The notes beneath the pieces are model-generated. The model had not been told where the DNA came from. It searched no databases and saw only the letters and a program-made list of their open reading frames with translations. Positions 1 through 8,391 of a DNA stretch of 64,000 nt are shown here, piece after piece; the first letter of the stretch is position 1, and each line of letters starts with the position of its first letter. This stretch comes from Bacilli bacterium (GTDB lineage: Bacteria > Bacillota_I > Bacilli_A > RF39 > UBA660). The stretch spans positions 358,885 to 422,884 of the forward strand of contig JAGAIS010000001.1 in NCBI GenBank assembly GCA_017626405.1, given 5' to 3'. The position numbers and the translations under genes were made by a program.

Positions 1-295
1 TCGATATTCTATTGAAGTCTGGATCAGATACATTAATATTTAGTTCTTGAGCGAATTCTTCGGGTGTTTTAGGTGTTTTAGAACCCGATGTTTTTTTTGT
101 GGTTGTAGTACTTGTAGTTGTAGTAGTTGTAGTTATTGTCGTACTAGTAGTCGTTGTAGTAGTAGTTTTTTTTGAATTATCGCCTTTCTTTAATACGCCA
201 AAATGTATTATTAGAAATACGGATGTAATAACGATTACAACTATTGAAATAAAAAGTACTATTTTTACAGAAGTTTTTAATTGTTTTCTTTTCAT
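1..295 (-). CDS. membrane-anchored protein with Thr-rich linker; N-terminal part only, the gene runs off the left edge
   Basis: Own reverse-strand translation. ATG at 295-293 follows an AGAGAGG SD. MKRKQLKTSVKIVLFISIVVIVITSVFLIIHFGVLKKGDNSKK, then a run of about 25 Thr/Ser, then KKTSGSKTPKTPEEFAQELNINVSDPDFNRIS with no stop before position 1. Track ORF 99..329(+) is its antisense shadow. Confidence 0.6.
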   Translation of the reverse strand, partial: MKRKQLKTSVKIVLFISIVVIVITSVFLIIHFGVLKKGDNSKKTTTTTTTSTTITTTTTTTSTTTTKKTSGSKTPKTPEEFAQELNINVSDPDFNRIS

Positions 296-400
296 TTATT
301 TTGCCTCTCTTACGAAAAAAATTATATAGTAAATTTATCTACTATATTATATCATATACAACTAGAAATAATGATGTTAATAGATTAATTTGTCTAATAT

Positions 401-1009
401 TTACGGATAGATGTAAATCATTGGTGTTGCACTAATATCAAATAGATTAACTCCATCACCTTTACCTCCAATAAATGCACTTGTTAAATTGGCAAAATCG
501 ATTGATGAATCAATATTAACTTTTTTGATATTTTCGTTTTTTATTGCATTTTTAAAACTCAATAATGGCATTCCACCACTTCTTCCTGCTAGGATATTTA
601 AGTTTTCAAGGCTTTTAAATCCATCATATTTTATTCCTTTTCTAAGAACGAGAAATTGACCATCTCTTTTTGTTAATCCTGCAAAAGACTTGATATAATC
701 ACCTTTATTATCTTGATATACGTAAATTGTAGCTTCAGGTCCACAAAAACCAATATCTACACTTTTTGATAAAACCGATGCTGCTACATTATTAGCACCG
801 CTTGTTAATATTACTTCGATATCTAAATCTTCAAAATAATTATTTTCTAGTGCTACATACCATGGCGCATAAAAAACTGAGTGAGTAACTTCTGCAACTT
901 TAATTTTTTTGTTTTCCTCTTTCTTATCATTACTTCCAAACATAAATGCGAGTAGAGTGAGTATTATAAGAATCACTCCAATTATAATTAAGACTATTGT
1001 CCTTTTCAA
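401..1009 (-). CDS. NMT1/THI5-like (NitT/TauT family) ABC substrate-binding protein, apparently C-terminally truncated
   Basis: VAEVTHSVFYAPWYVALENNYFEDLDIEVILTSGANNVAASVL...DIGFCGPEATIYV is typical of this SBP family. The likely start is TTG at 1009-1007, after GGAGG, giving MKRTIVLIIIGV (signal anchor). The product is only about 203 aa, whereas I recall family members at roughly 320-340 aa. No permease or ATPase genes are adjacent. Confidence 0.6.
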   Translation of the reverse strand: MKRTIVLIIIGVILIILTLLAFMFGSNDKKEENKKIKVAEVTHSVFYAPWYVALENNYFEDLDIEVILTSGANNVAASVLSKSVDIGFCGPEATIYVYQDNKGDYIKSFAGLTKRDGQFLVLRKGIKYDGFKSLENLNILAGRSGGMPLLSFKNAIKNENIKKVNIDSSIDFANLTSAFIGGKGDGVNLFDISATPMIYIYP

Positions 1010-1120
1010 AAAATAACCTCCTTTATTTTCCACTTTATTATATGGAATTATTTTAAAAAAGGTTCTTATTTTATAAATTGATATTATTGTGCTATAATTA
1101 TAATAGGAAGTGATTGATAT

Positions 1121-1564
1121 ATGGGAATTAATATAACTCAAAAAGAAGTAGAGGAATTATTAAAAGAAATTGAACTTGCAATGAGATTGCCTTCAATAAT
1201 AGATATTACGCCCGATGAAATTTTGTGTATTGAAGATAATGCTACGAGAGAGACGATGCAAAGAAAATTTTATTTAATAAATGAATTGTTTGTTGTCCCA
1301 TTACAAAAACTTTTGAATAAATCAATTAATGCAGTTAATAAAGAAAGATATAGTTTTGATTACTCTTCCTATTCAATAAAACAAAGAATTCGTATAATAG
1401 CTAAAGATTTATTAATTTTTGGTTATAAACCAGCAGACTTATGTACACTTTTACCACATACGGTAGAAGAAGTTGATAGAAGAGTAAAGGAGATTGAAGC
1501 CCGCCGCGCTTTACGAGTAATTAATTCTAAAAAAACAAATACTAATCAAAGAAGAATTTCATAG
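1121..1564 (+). CDS. hypothetical protein
   Basis: 147-aa ORF in an AT-rich background with no recognisable motif. It ends 8 nt before a convergent gene. Confidence 0.45.
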   Translation: MGINITQKEVEELLKEIELAMRLPSIIDITPDEILCIEDNATRETMQRKFYLINELFVVPLQKLLNKSINAVNKERYSFDYSSYSIKQRIRIIAKDLLIFGYKPADLCTLLPHTVEEVDRRVKEIEARRALRVINSKKTNTNQRRIS

Positions 1565-1571
1565 AAAAACA

Positions 1572-2168
1572 TCATATTGTTTTATGATGTTTTTTTATGC
1601 GTTTAATAAAAAAGAATAAAAGTACGATTCCGATAATAATTGGCTTGTAGTAATTTTTAAAAATTGAGATAACTAATTCCCAGTTTTCTCCTAACATATT
1701 GCCAAGAAGTATGAATATAGTATTCCATAGAAGAGAGCCTATAGAAGTAAGAAGTAAAAATATGCTAAAGTTATATCTAGATATTCCTGCCGGAATTGAA
1801 ATTAGACTTCGCAGTATTGGAATGAATCGGCAAATGAAAATTGATTTTCCTCCTTCTTCGTTAAATACATCGATGGAGTTTAATATTTTGTCTTCTTTTA
1901 ATTTTAGTAAGTGACCGACTTTGGAACGAGCAATTGTAATAATCTTTTTTTTATTTAAGAAAAAACCTAAAAAATAGAGAATTATGGCTCCAAAGATCGA
2001 ACCTAGAGTAGAAAATATTATTACTGATAAAATGCTTAAGTCAGAATAACGGCATACAAATCCGGAAAAAGTAAGTATTACTTCGGAGGGAATAGGTGGG
2101 AAAACATTTTCTATTGCAATTAGGAGAAATATACCTAAGTAGCCGTATTTAACGATTATTGTTTGCAT
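1572..2168 (-). CDS. DedA family membrane protein
   Basis: IENVFPPIPSEVILTFSGF and CRFIPILRSLISIPAGISRYNF motifs, multiple TM helices, AGGTGA SD. Confidence 0.85.
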   Translation of the reverse strand: MQTIIVKYGYLGIFLLIAIENVFPPIPSEVILTFSGFVCRYSDLSILSVIIFSTLGSIFGAIILYFLGFFLNKKKIITIARSKVGHLLKLKEDKILNSIDVFNEEGGKSIFICRFIPILRSLISIPAGISRYNFSIFLLLTSIGSLLWNTIFILLGNMLGENWELVISIFKNYYKPIIIGIVLLFFFIKRIKKHHKTI

Positions 2169-2281
2169 GTAATCACCTAATAATAATATGTGCCTTTTCT
2201 CTAATTAATACTTTAAATAAATGTTTACACATAGATTTAATTTTGCTATAATGATATAGAGAATAGAGAGGTATTTTTGTT

Positions 2282-3931
2282 ATGAAGAAAATGATTGGAG
2301 TTATAAACGATAATTTACGTTCAGTAGTTAATGGAATTAAAGAACATAGAGAGTCTACAGAAAATAATTTATCAGTTGTTAAGAATGAGATAGATGAAAA
2401 AGTTGCTACAGCTTCTAAATATAAAGAGGAAGTTGAAACTGCAAGAAAAACAATAATCAATCTAGAAACAGAAATATCCGAACTAGAGAATGACTTGAAA
2501 GAACTAAATGAAAAATTTGGTTCGAAGAACTTTAAAGAGATATTGGCTGCCGGAGATAAAGAAATCAATACAAAGATAATTGAAAAGAGAGCATCTATTA
2601 GTGAGCAAAATAGTATTATTGGAGAAATTACTAAGAAAGCTCATCAATTAAAGAAAGAATTAACGAAACTTAAAGATAAAAAAGTAGTTATTGAAGAAGA
2701 CTTAAATAAGACAATTATTTTAGAGGGATATTATAAAAAGAGAATTAATGCTATTATTGATTTTTCAGTTGAACATCCTGATGAACTTGCTACATATAAA
2801 GAGATTGAAGAAGTGGGATCTTTAAGTACGGAAGAAATAGAAGATATTGATATCAACAATATTATTGATGGACAAGTATTCAATGAAATAGATTCAATAT
2901 CTAGTGGTCAAGAAGTTGATTTAGATACAATAGATGAAGTTCTAAAGAATGCTGATGATTCGCTAGATGATGAAGAGATTAACGAGAGTGATACTGATTC
3001 AGAAGGCTATTTTTCTAATTTAGATGAAATAATAAATACGGCAAATGGAATAATTGAAAGCAATGAAGAGAAAGAATCAGAAGAACTTCATGAAGAGAAT
3101 AAATCTATCGAATCAGAAAATATAATAGATATTAAAGTAGATGAACAAATTGATGCAAAAGAAAATGAAAAACATATTCAACTTCATCAAATGAGTGAAC
3201 CTATTACTGTAAATCTAGATAATTTAGATGTAGATATGACAAATGGAATTAATCCAGAAATTGTATTTAGTAATGATAAGGGATTTAGTGATAGCAATTT
3301 AGTTAAGTGTGGATTGATAAAAGAAAACTTCGATCCAAAAGATTTAGAACTATTGAAACCTCTATTTGATAGGGAGAACACTTTAGAATTTATTAAAGTA
3401 TTAAAGAAGCATGGATTCAATGAAAGTAACATATATAATTCAGTAGGAGTATTATTATATGTTACTCCACAAAACCTTGATAAGATGTTGACGATGCTTG
3501 AGAGTGTTGCTTCTAAGGAAGATATCGACTATATATTCAGATATTTAGATAAAGTAAATATTAGTAAATTAGAGCAAAATATTCAAACTTCAAATGATAG
3601 TAGTTTAACTGAATTATTAATTACAGCTTTAAATGAAGAAAAGGAAGCGGATTTAGTTAATTTGTTATCGATAACGGAAAAAGATGTTAATTACATTAAG
3701 AAAAATTCATCTGAAGATTATAAATTAATGGTTAATTTCCCTGAAGTTATATTATCTAACTATAATACATTAAAGGAATATAAGATAGATAATATTACTG
3801 ACTGTATTGTTAAACATCCTCATAGATTTACATTTAATCCAAGTAAATTTGCATCTATTCTCGATAAATATGATGTTGAAGATTTAGTTAGATGTATTAA
3901 TAAGAATTCAGCTGTTATTGATAAATTATAA
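2282..3931 (+). CDS. coiled-coil / acidic protein of unknown function
   Basis: 549-aa ORF. The N-terminal ~170 aa are heptad-like (KEEVETARKTIINLETEISELENDLKELNEKF), followed by a long D/E-rich middle and a helical C-terminal region. Terminator follows. Confidence 0.7.
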   Translation: MKKMIGVINDNLRSVVNGIKEHRESTENNLSVVKNEIDEKVATASKYKEEVETARKTIINLETEISELENDLKELNEKFGSKNFKEILAAGDKEINTKIIEKRASISEQNSIIGEITKKAHQLKKELTKLKDKKVVIEEDLNKTIILEGYYKKRINAIIDFSVEHPDELATYKEIEEVGSLSTEEIEDIDINNIIDGQVFNEIDSISSGQEVDLDTIDEVLKNADDSLDDEEINESDTDSEGYFSNLDEIINTANGIIESNEEKESEELHEENKSIESENIIDIKVDEQIDAKENEKHIQLHQMSEPITVNLDNLDVDMTNGINPEIVFSNDKGFSDSNLVKCGLIKENFDPKDLELLKPLFDRENTLEFIKVLKKHGFNESNIYNSVGVLLYVTPQNLDKMLTMLESVASKEDIDYIFRYLDKVNISKLEQNIQTSNDSSLTELLITALNEEKEADLVNLLSITEKDVNYIKKNSSEDYKLMVNFPEVILSNYNTLKEYKIDNITDCIVKHPHRFTFNPSKFASILDKYDVEDLVRCINKNSAVIDKL

Positions 3932-3936
3932 GAATA

Positions 3937-3965
3937 GGTATCAGTTTTTACTGATATCTTTTTTT
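3937..3965 (+). terminator. Rho-independent terminator
   Basis: GGTATCAG / CTGATATC 8-bp stem (one G-U pair), 6-nt loop, T7 run. Confidence 0.65.
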
Positions 3966-4052
3966 GTCTATGAAATGTAAAAGTATGGGTTAAAACAAAT
4001 AATTTAACATATTTTTTTGTTATAATAAAAGTGATTACTATGGAGGTGTGAA

Positions 4053-6002
4053 ATGAAAAAGAATATTCTTGTTGTTATAATTTTGATTTTTTCTTTTATT
4101 ATTACAGTTCCTAGTGTGAGTGCAAATGAAAGAGGCAAAGTTTTTGGCGATTTTGTGTCTGTAAGAATGAAGGCTAGTTCTAGTTCTACAAAGATCTATG
4201 ATTTAATATATGGAAGTAATGTTACTATTATTGGAGAAGAGGGTTCTTTTTATAAAGTAATATATGATGGCATAAATACTGGCTATATGAGTAAGACTTA
4301 TGTATACAAAGACAACCAATATAAACTTGATAATCCTGAATATTGTAACTATTTAGTATCTATAGGATTCCCAGCCTCTTATTGTCCATATTTATCATAT
4401 GTTCATTCGAAACATCCAACTTGGACTTTTACTCCCATTAAAACGGGATTAGATTTCTATAATGATGTAGTGGATGGAGAAGAAGGTAAGAATTGTCTTA
4501 CAACTACTAATGATGTATATAGATCAGGAACAACTGTCTGTGATGCTGGAGGATATTACTTTGTCAATCAAACAGTAAATGCATACTTTTTGGATCCAAG
4601 AAATTTTCTTAATGAAAAAACTATCTTTATGTTTGAAAATTTGAATTATACTCCTATGTCTCAAAATAGAGAAGGAGTTAAAAGTATATTAGGTTCAACT
4701 TCTTTTTTAGTTACAAAAACTGATACTGATGGTTCATCTTATATTGATTATTATTTAGATGCTGGTTTTAAAACTAATGTTGCACCAATGCATTTAGCAT
4801 CACGTACTAAACAAGAAGGGGCGAGTGATGAATCTTATGGCCCCGTAACTGGTACTGTTACGTCGACGCTTCGAGAATTTGGAAATAGAACCTTATATGG
4901 ATTTTATAATTTTTATAATATAGGTGCTAGTAATGGTAGTAGTCCTCAATTAAAAGGTCTTGCCTATGCAGCAGGTTATAAGGGGCTCTCTGATACTATA
5001 ACAACGTATGGTCGTCCATGGAACACACGAAAAAAGGCGATTTATGGTGGGGCGGAGTTTATTGGTTCATCTTATATTAATGAAGGACAAAATACCTTAT
5101 ATCTTCAAAAGTTCAACGTTAATCCAAAGAATACAGGTACGCGTTATTCTCATCAATATATGTCTAATATATTGTCTCCTTATTCAGAAGGAAAGAGTAT
5201 GAAATCAGCATATGATAAGATGTCTTTAACGGAAACAGATTTTAATTTTGCTATTCCTGTTTATGAGAATATGCCTACCGAAACTTATCAGCCTTCTCTA
5301 TTAAATGGTAATAATTTGCTTGCAAGCATTAATATTGATGGAAAACCACTCGAAAATTTCGATTCCGATATCTTGGAATATACTCAATATATACTAGCTA
5401 GTAAGACGGAAGTTAGCATTTCGGCAGTTTCCAATTCTTCAGACTCAAAAGTTGAGGGAACGGGAACTATCAAATTGCCATTAGAGAAAAATGAAATCAT
5501 AATTAAAGTAACTGCTCAAAATGGAGAAATTAGAAATTATAAAATAAATATTATTAGAGTTCAAGATACAACTACTGTTGAAGAGGTAGTTTTGAAACTT
5601 GGTGTAAAGGCAAATGGAAACTATATGTATGGAATGAGTGTTGGTACCGATACATCAACTATTATTGCATCAATTTTAAAAATTAGTCCAACAGCATCTG
5701 TTGTTGTTAGTGATTCAGCGGGTAATATAAAAACTGGACCATTAGCTACGGGAGATAAAGTTAGATTAAAAACATTAACTAGTGAAGAAAAAACTTTTGA
5801 AATTGCAATAAATGGCGATGTAAATGGAGATGGATTAGTAGATATAAAAGATTTATTGCGCGTTCAAAAGTATTTGTTATCGACAGTTAATTTAGAAGGA
5901 TCTTCTTCTATTTCAGCCGATAATAATTATGATGGCAAGATAAATGTTCAAGATTTACTTAGAATACAAAAATATATATTAGGTAGTATTACTATATTAT
6001 AG
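4053..6002 (+). CDS. secreted peptidoglycan hydrolase: SH3-like + GH73-type N-acetylglucosaminidase + cadherin-like beta-sandwich + C-terminal dockerin
   Basis: Signal peptide (...VPSVSA). SH3-like segment FGDFVSVRMKASSSS..GSFYKVIYDGINTGYMSKTYV. Glucosaminidase-type block YFLDPRNFL, HLASRTKQEGAS, YNFYNIGA, GQNTLYLQKFNV, SHQYMSNILSPYSE. Cadherin-like module aa 418-502. Dockerin at the C-terminus. Confidence 0.85.
   Translation: MKKNILVVIILIFSFIITVPSVSANERGKVFGDFVSVRMKASSSSTKIYDLIYGSNVTIIGEEGSFYKVIYDGINTGYMSKTYVYKDNQYKLDNPEYCNYLVSIGFPASYCPYLSYVHSKHPTWTFTPIKTGLDFYNDVVDGEEGKNCLTTTNDVYRSGTTVCDAGGYYFVNQTVNAYFLDPRNFLNEKTIFMFENLNYTPMSQNREGVKSILGSTSFLVTKTDTDGSSYIDYYLDAGFKTNVAPMHLASRTKQEGASDESYGPVTGTVTSTLREFGNRTLYGFYNFYNIGASNGSSPQLKGLAYAAGYKGLSDTITTYGRPWNTRKKAIYGGAEFIGSSYINEGQNTLYLQKFNVNPKNTGTRYSHQYMSNILSPYSEGKSMKSAYDKMSLTETDFNFAIPVYENMPTETYQPSLLNGNNLLASINIDGKPLENFDSDILEYTQYILASKTEVSISAVSNSSDSKVEGTGTIKLPLEKNEIIIKVTAQNGEIRNYKINIIRVQDTTTVEEVVLKLGVKANGNYMYGMSVGTDTSTIIASILKISPTASVVVSDSAGNIKTGPLATGDKVRLKTLTSEEKTFEIAINGDVNGDGLVDIKDLLRVQKYLLSTVNLEGSSSISADNNYDGKINVQDLLRIQKYILGSITIL
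5811..5981 (+). other. dockerin module (two Ca-binding F-hand segments)
   Basis: NGDVNGDGLVDIKDLLRVQKYLL ... ADNNYDGKINVQDLLRIQKYIL. Both loops fit D-x-N-x-D-G-x-x-x-x-x-D. Confidence 0.8.
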
Positions 6003-6010
6003 GAGGAATT

Positions 6011-7573
6011 ATGAAGAAAATTTATTTATTATTAATGGGAGTATTTGCATTTTTGTTGTTTAGTCCTAATGTCTATGCTGCAAGCGCTAGTGTAAAAGTT
6101 AAAGCTAGTAATAACACATTGGTTGTTGGCTCAACTACCAAAGTAACAGTTACTGTTTCTTCTAGTGATTTAGGTGCATGGGAGTATTGTATTTCTTACG
6201 ATTCTAGTGTACTAAAGTTAACAAGTTCTACAGCTGATGCTAATACTTGTGTTAAAGCTGGTTATGTCGAGAAAAAGGGTCAAACTAGTTCATCTGAGAC
6301 ATTTACTTTTAAAGCTATTAAATCAGGGTCATCAAAGGTTACTGTAAAATCATATGCTATATATTCTTATAGTACTGAGACAGTAATGAATACTAGTGCT
6401 TCTAGTGTTACTATTAAGACTATGACTCAAGCAGAATTAGAGGCTACTTATTCGACAAATGCGAATCTTAAAAGTTTGACTGTAGATGGTTATGAATTAA
6501 CTCCAGCATTTGATAAGAATACTTTAGAGTATAGAGTGGAAGTTCCAAATGAAGTATCAAGTGTTAATATATCTCTAACTAAAGAAGACTTTACAGCTCA
6601 AATAAGTGGCGATGGTCTAAAAGAATTAACTGAGGGGGATAACAAGTTTGAAATAATAGTCACTGCTCAAAAGGGAAATTCTAAAACATATGTAGTTAAT
6701 GTCTATAGAAAAGAACTAGATCCAATTTCTGTAAAAATAGATAATAAAGAATATTTTATTGTAAGAAAGTCTGATGCTATTCCTCAATATCCTACATTTG
6801 TAGCAACAACTATAATGTATGGAGAAGATGAAATACCAGCACTTTATAGTGAAATTACTGATTATACTCTAATTGCTGTAAAAGATGAAGATGGAAATAT
6901 TTTAACTTTCATTTATAGAGATGGTGAATTTACAAGATATAATGAAGTAAAGAGCGATGCTCTAACAATATTTCCTAAAGAATTACCGGATGATGATAGA
7001 TTTAGCAATTTAATAAAAGTTAGTTTTGATTACAATGGGTATAAGTTAGAGGGATATCAAGTAAGTGAAAATTCAAATTATGCTATTATTTATGCTCAAA
7101 ACATTGAAACTGGCGATATAAAATTCTATTCACTTGATAAGAAAAACAGTACAATTCAAGAATACAACGAAGAGTTAAGCGAGAGTTATACTGAACGTAT
7201 GAATATTATGAAATATATTATTTTAGGTTTTATTGCTCTAACTATTATATTATTGTTAATTATAATATTTAGAAAACCAAAGAGAGTAGTTCAGACTGTT
7301 CCAATAAGAGAAGAGTGTTTAGATATTGAACAGGTTAATAAGAAACATAAAAAAGATAAAAAGATAAAAATACAAGAAATAATTCCTGAAGAAGATAAAG
7401 AAAATACAAATGTTATTAAACTAATTGAAGTTGAATCTAAAGAAGAATCTGAAGATGAAGATGATATCAATGATGAGGAAGCAGAAGGAGAAAGAACTCT
7501 AAGTAAAAGAGAAATGAAAAAGTTAAAAAAGCAAGAGAGAAAAAAAGAAAAGGCTAGACTAAAGGAATTCTAG
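6011..7573 (+). CDS. membrane-anchored cohesin-like protein (cohesin-like + cadherin-like + unknown domain + C-terminal TM + K/E-rich tail)
   Basis: Signal peptide (..SPNVYA). Cohesin-like aa 24-137 (ASASVKVKASNNTLVVGSTTKVTVTVSSSDLGAWEYCISYDSSVLKL...FTFKAIKSGSSKVTV). Cadherin-like aa 150-233 (LKSLTVDGYELTPAFDKNTLEYRVEV...IIVTAQKGNSKTYVVNVYR). TM helix aa ~399-420 (nt 7205-7270), then a charged tail. Starts 8 nt after the dockerin-hydrolase stop. Confidence 0.7.
   Translation: MKKIYLLLMGVFAFLLFSPNVYAASASVKVKASNNTLVVGSTTKVTVTVSSSDLGAWEYCISYDSSVLKLTSSTADANTCVKAGYVEKKGQTSSSETFTFKAIKSGSSKVTVKSYAIYSYSTETVMNTSASSVTIKTMTQAELEATYSTNANLKSLTVDGYELTPAFDKNTLEYRVEVPNEVSSVNISLTKEDFTAQISGDGLKELTEGDNKFEIIVTAQKGNSKTYVVNVYRKELDPISVKIDNKEYFIVRKSDAIPQYPTFVATTIMYGEDEIPALYSEITDYTLIAVKDEDGNILTFIYRDGEFTRYNEVKSDALTIFPKELPDDDRFSNLIKVSFDYNGYKLEGYQVSENSNYAIIYAQNIETGDIKFYSLDKKNSTIQEYNEELSESYTERMNIMKYIILGFIALTIILLLIIIFRKPKRVVQTVPIREECLDIEQVNKKHKKDKKIKIQEIIPEEDKENTNVIKLIEVESKEESEDEDDINDEEAEGERTLSKREMKKLKKQERKKEKARLKEF
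6080..6421 (+). other. cohesin-like module
   Basis: About 115-aa beta-rich module with the V.V...vG....V.V......l.a....i.YD...L pattern. Assigned by eye only. Confidence 0.5.
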
Positions 7574-7584
7574 TCTTTTTTTTT
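7556..7584 (+). terminator. Rho-independent terminator
   Basis: AGACTA / TAGTCT 6-bp stem, 9-nt loop, T8-9 run immediately after the stop. Confidence 0.5.
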
Positions 7585-7600
7585 GCATATAATTTTTTAG

Positions 7601-8362
7601 GTGATAAATTTGAAATATATAAAATATTTTATATTAATTCTTTTATGCGTAGCTTCTTTTTATTTGTCAGATCAAGTTATTCTATATGTTGAGAATTTGA
7701 GCCCGATTATGCAAACAATTAAAGAAGTTGAAGATAATTATAATACGGAACCAATTGATGCAAAAATTGAAGGTAATACAATTATACCTGGTAAAAAGGG
7801 TACTGTTGTAAATGAAAGGGAATCATATTTAAAGATGAATGAATTTGGAGTATTCAATGAGAACTTCTTTGTATTTGATTATATAAAACCTGATATATCT
7901 CTGTCGGATTTCAAAGATAAAATAATTATTGGAAGTAGTAAACGCGAATATGTTTCTATTATTATTGACGATTGGAAATATTCTGATTATTTGAGTGATT
8001 TTGATTATTCATATTTGGTTAAAGATTCTAATAATTTAAAAATAATATCCAATGTAACATATATAAATGGAAGTATTGAGAATTATAAGAGTATTAATAA
8101 TTATTTAAAATCAAAGAAAAAACTGAGCAATATAGTTCTTGCAGAAAATGCCAATATTCATGAAAATAAAGATAAATATATTATTTCTCCTAGTTTGGAT
8201 TTATATCATTCTAACTATTATTCTAGTGTATCAAAGATTGAGGGAGGAATGATTATATATGTTCATGATAGTGTTACTTTATCGGAATTTAAAATATTAA
8301 TGGATACAATTAAATATAAAAAGCTAAAGTTAATGGAGTTAACTGAGTTTATTACCGAATAA
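7601..8362 (+). CDS. hypothetical N-terminally anchored protein
   Basis: 253-aa ORF. The start is ambiguous: GTG at 7601, or TTG at 7610 after AGGTGA. One N-terminal hydrophobic helix; no motif recognised. Confidence 0.55.
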   Translation: MINLKYIKYFILILLCVASFYLSDQVILYVENLSPIMQTIKEVEDNYNTEPIDAKIEGNTIIPGKKGTVVNERESYLKMNEFGVFNENFFVFDYIKPDISLSDFKDKIIIGSSKREYVSIIIDDWKYSDYLSDFDYSYLVKDSNNLKIISNVTYINGSIENYKSINNYLKSKKKLSNIVLAENANIHENKDKYIISPSLDLYHSNYYSSVSKIEGGMIIYVHDSVTLSEFKILMDTIKYKKLKLMELTEFITE

Positions 8363-8391
8363 TTATGTTATAATAAGTATAGGTGATAATC

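Noticed and set aside
99-329. 76-aa + strand ORF rich in Val (MVVVLVVVVVVV...).
   Set aside because: It is the antisense reading of the poly-Thr linker (ACN codons give NGT = Val) of the minus-strand gene at 1-295. That gene has a proper SD, ATG and TM anchor.
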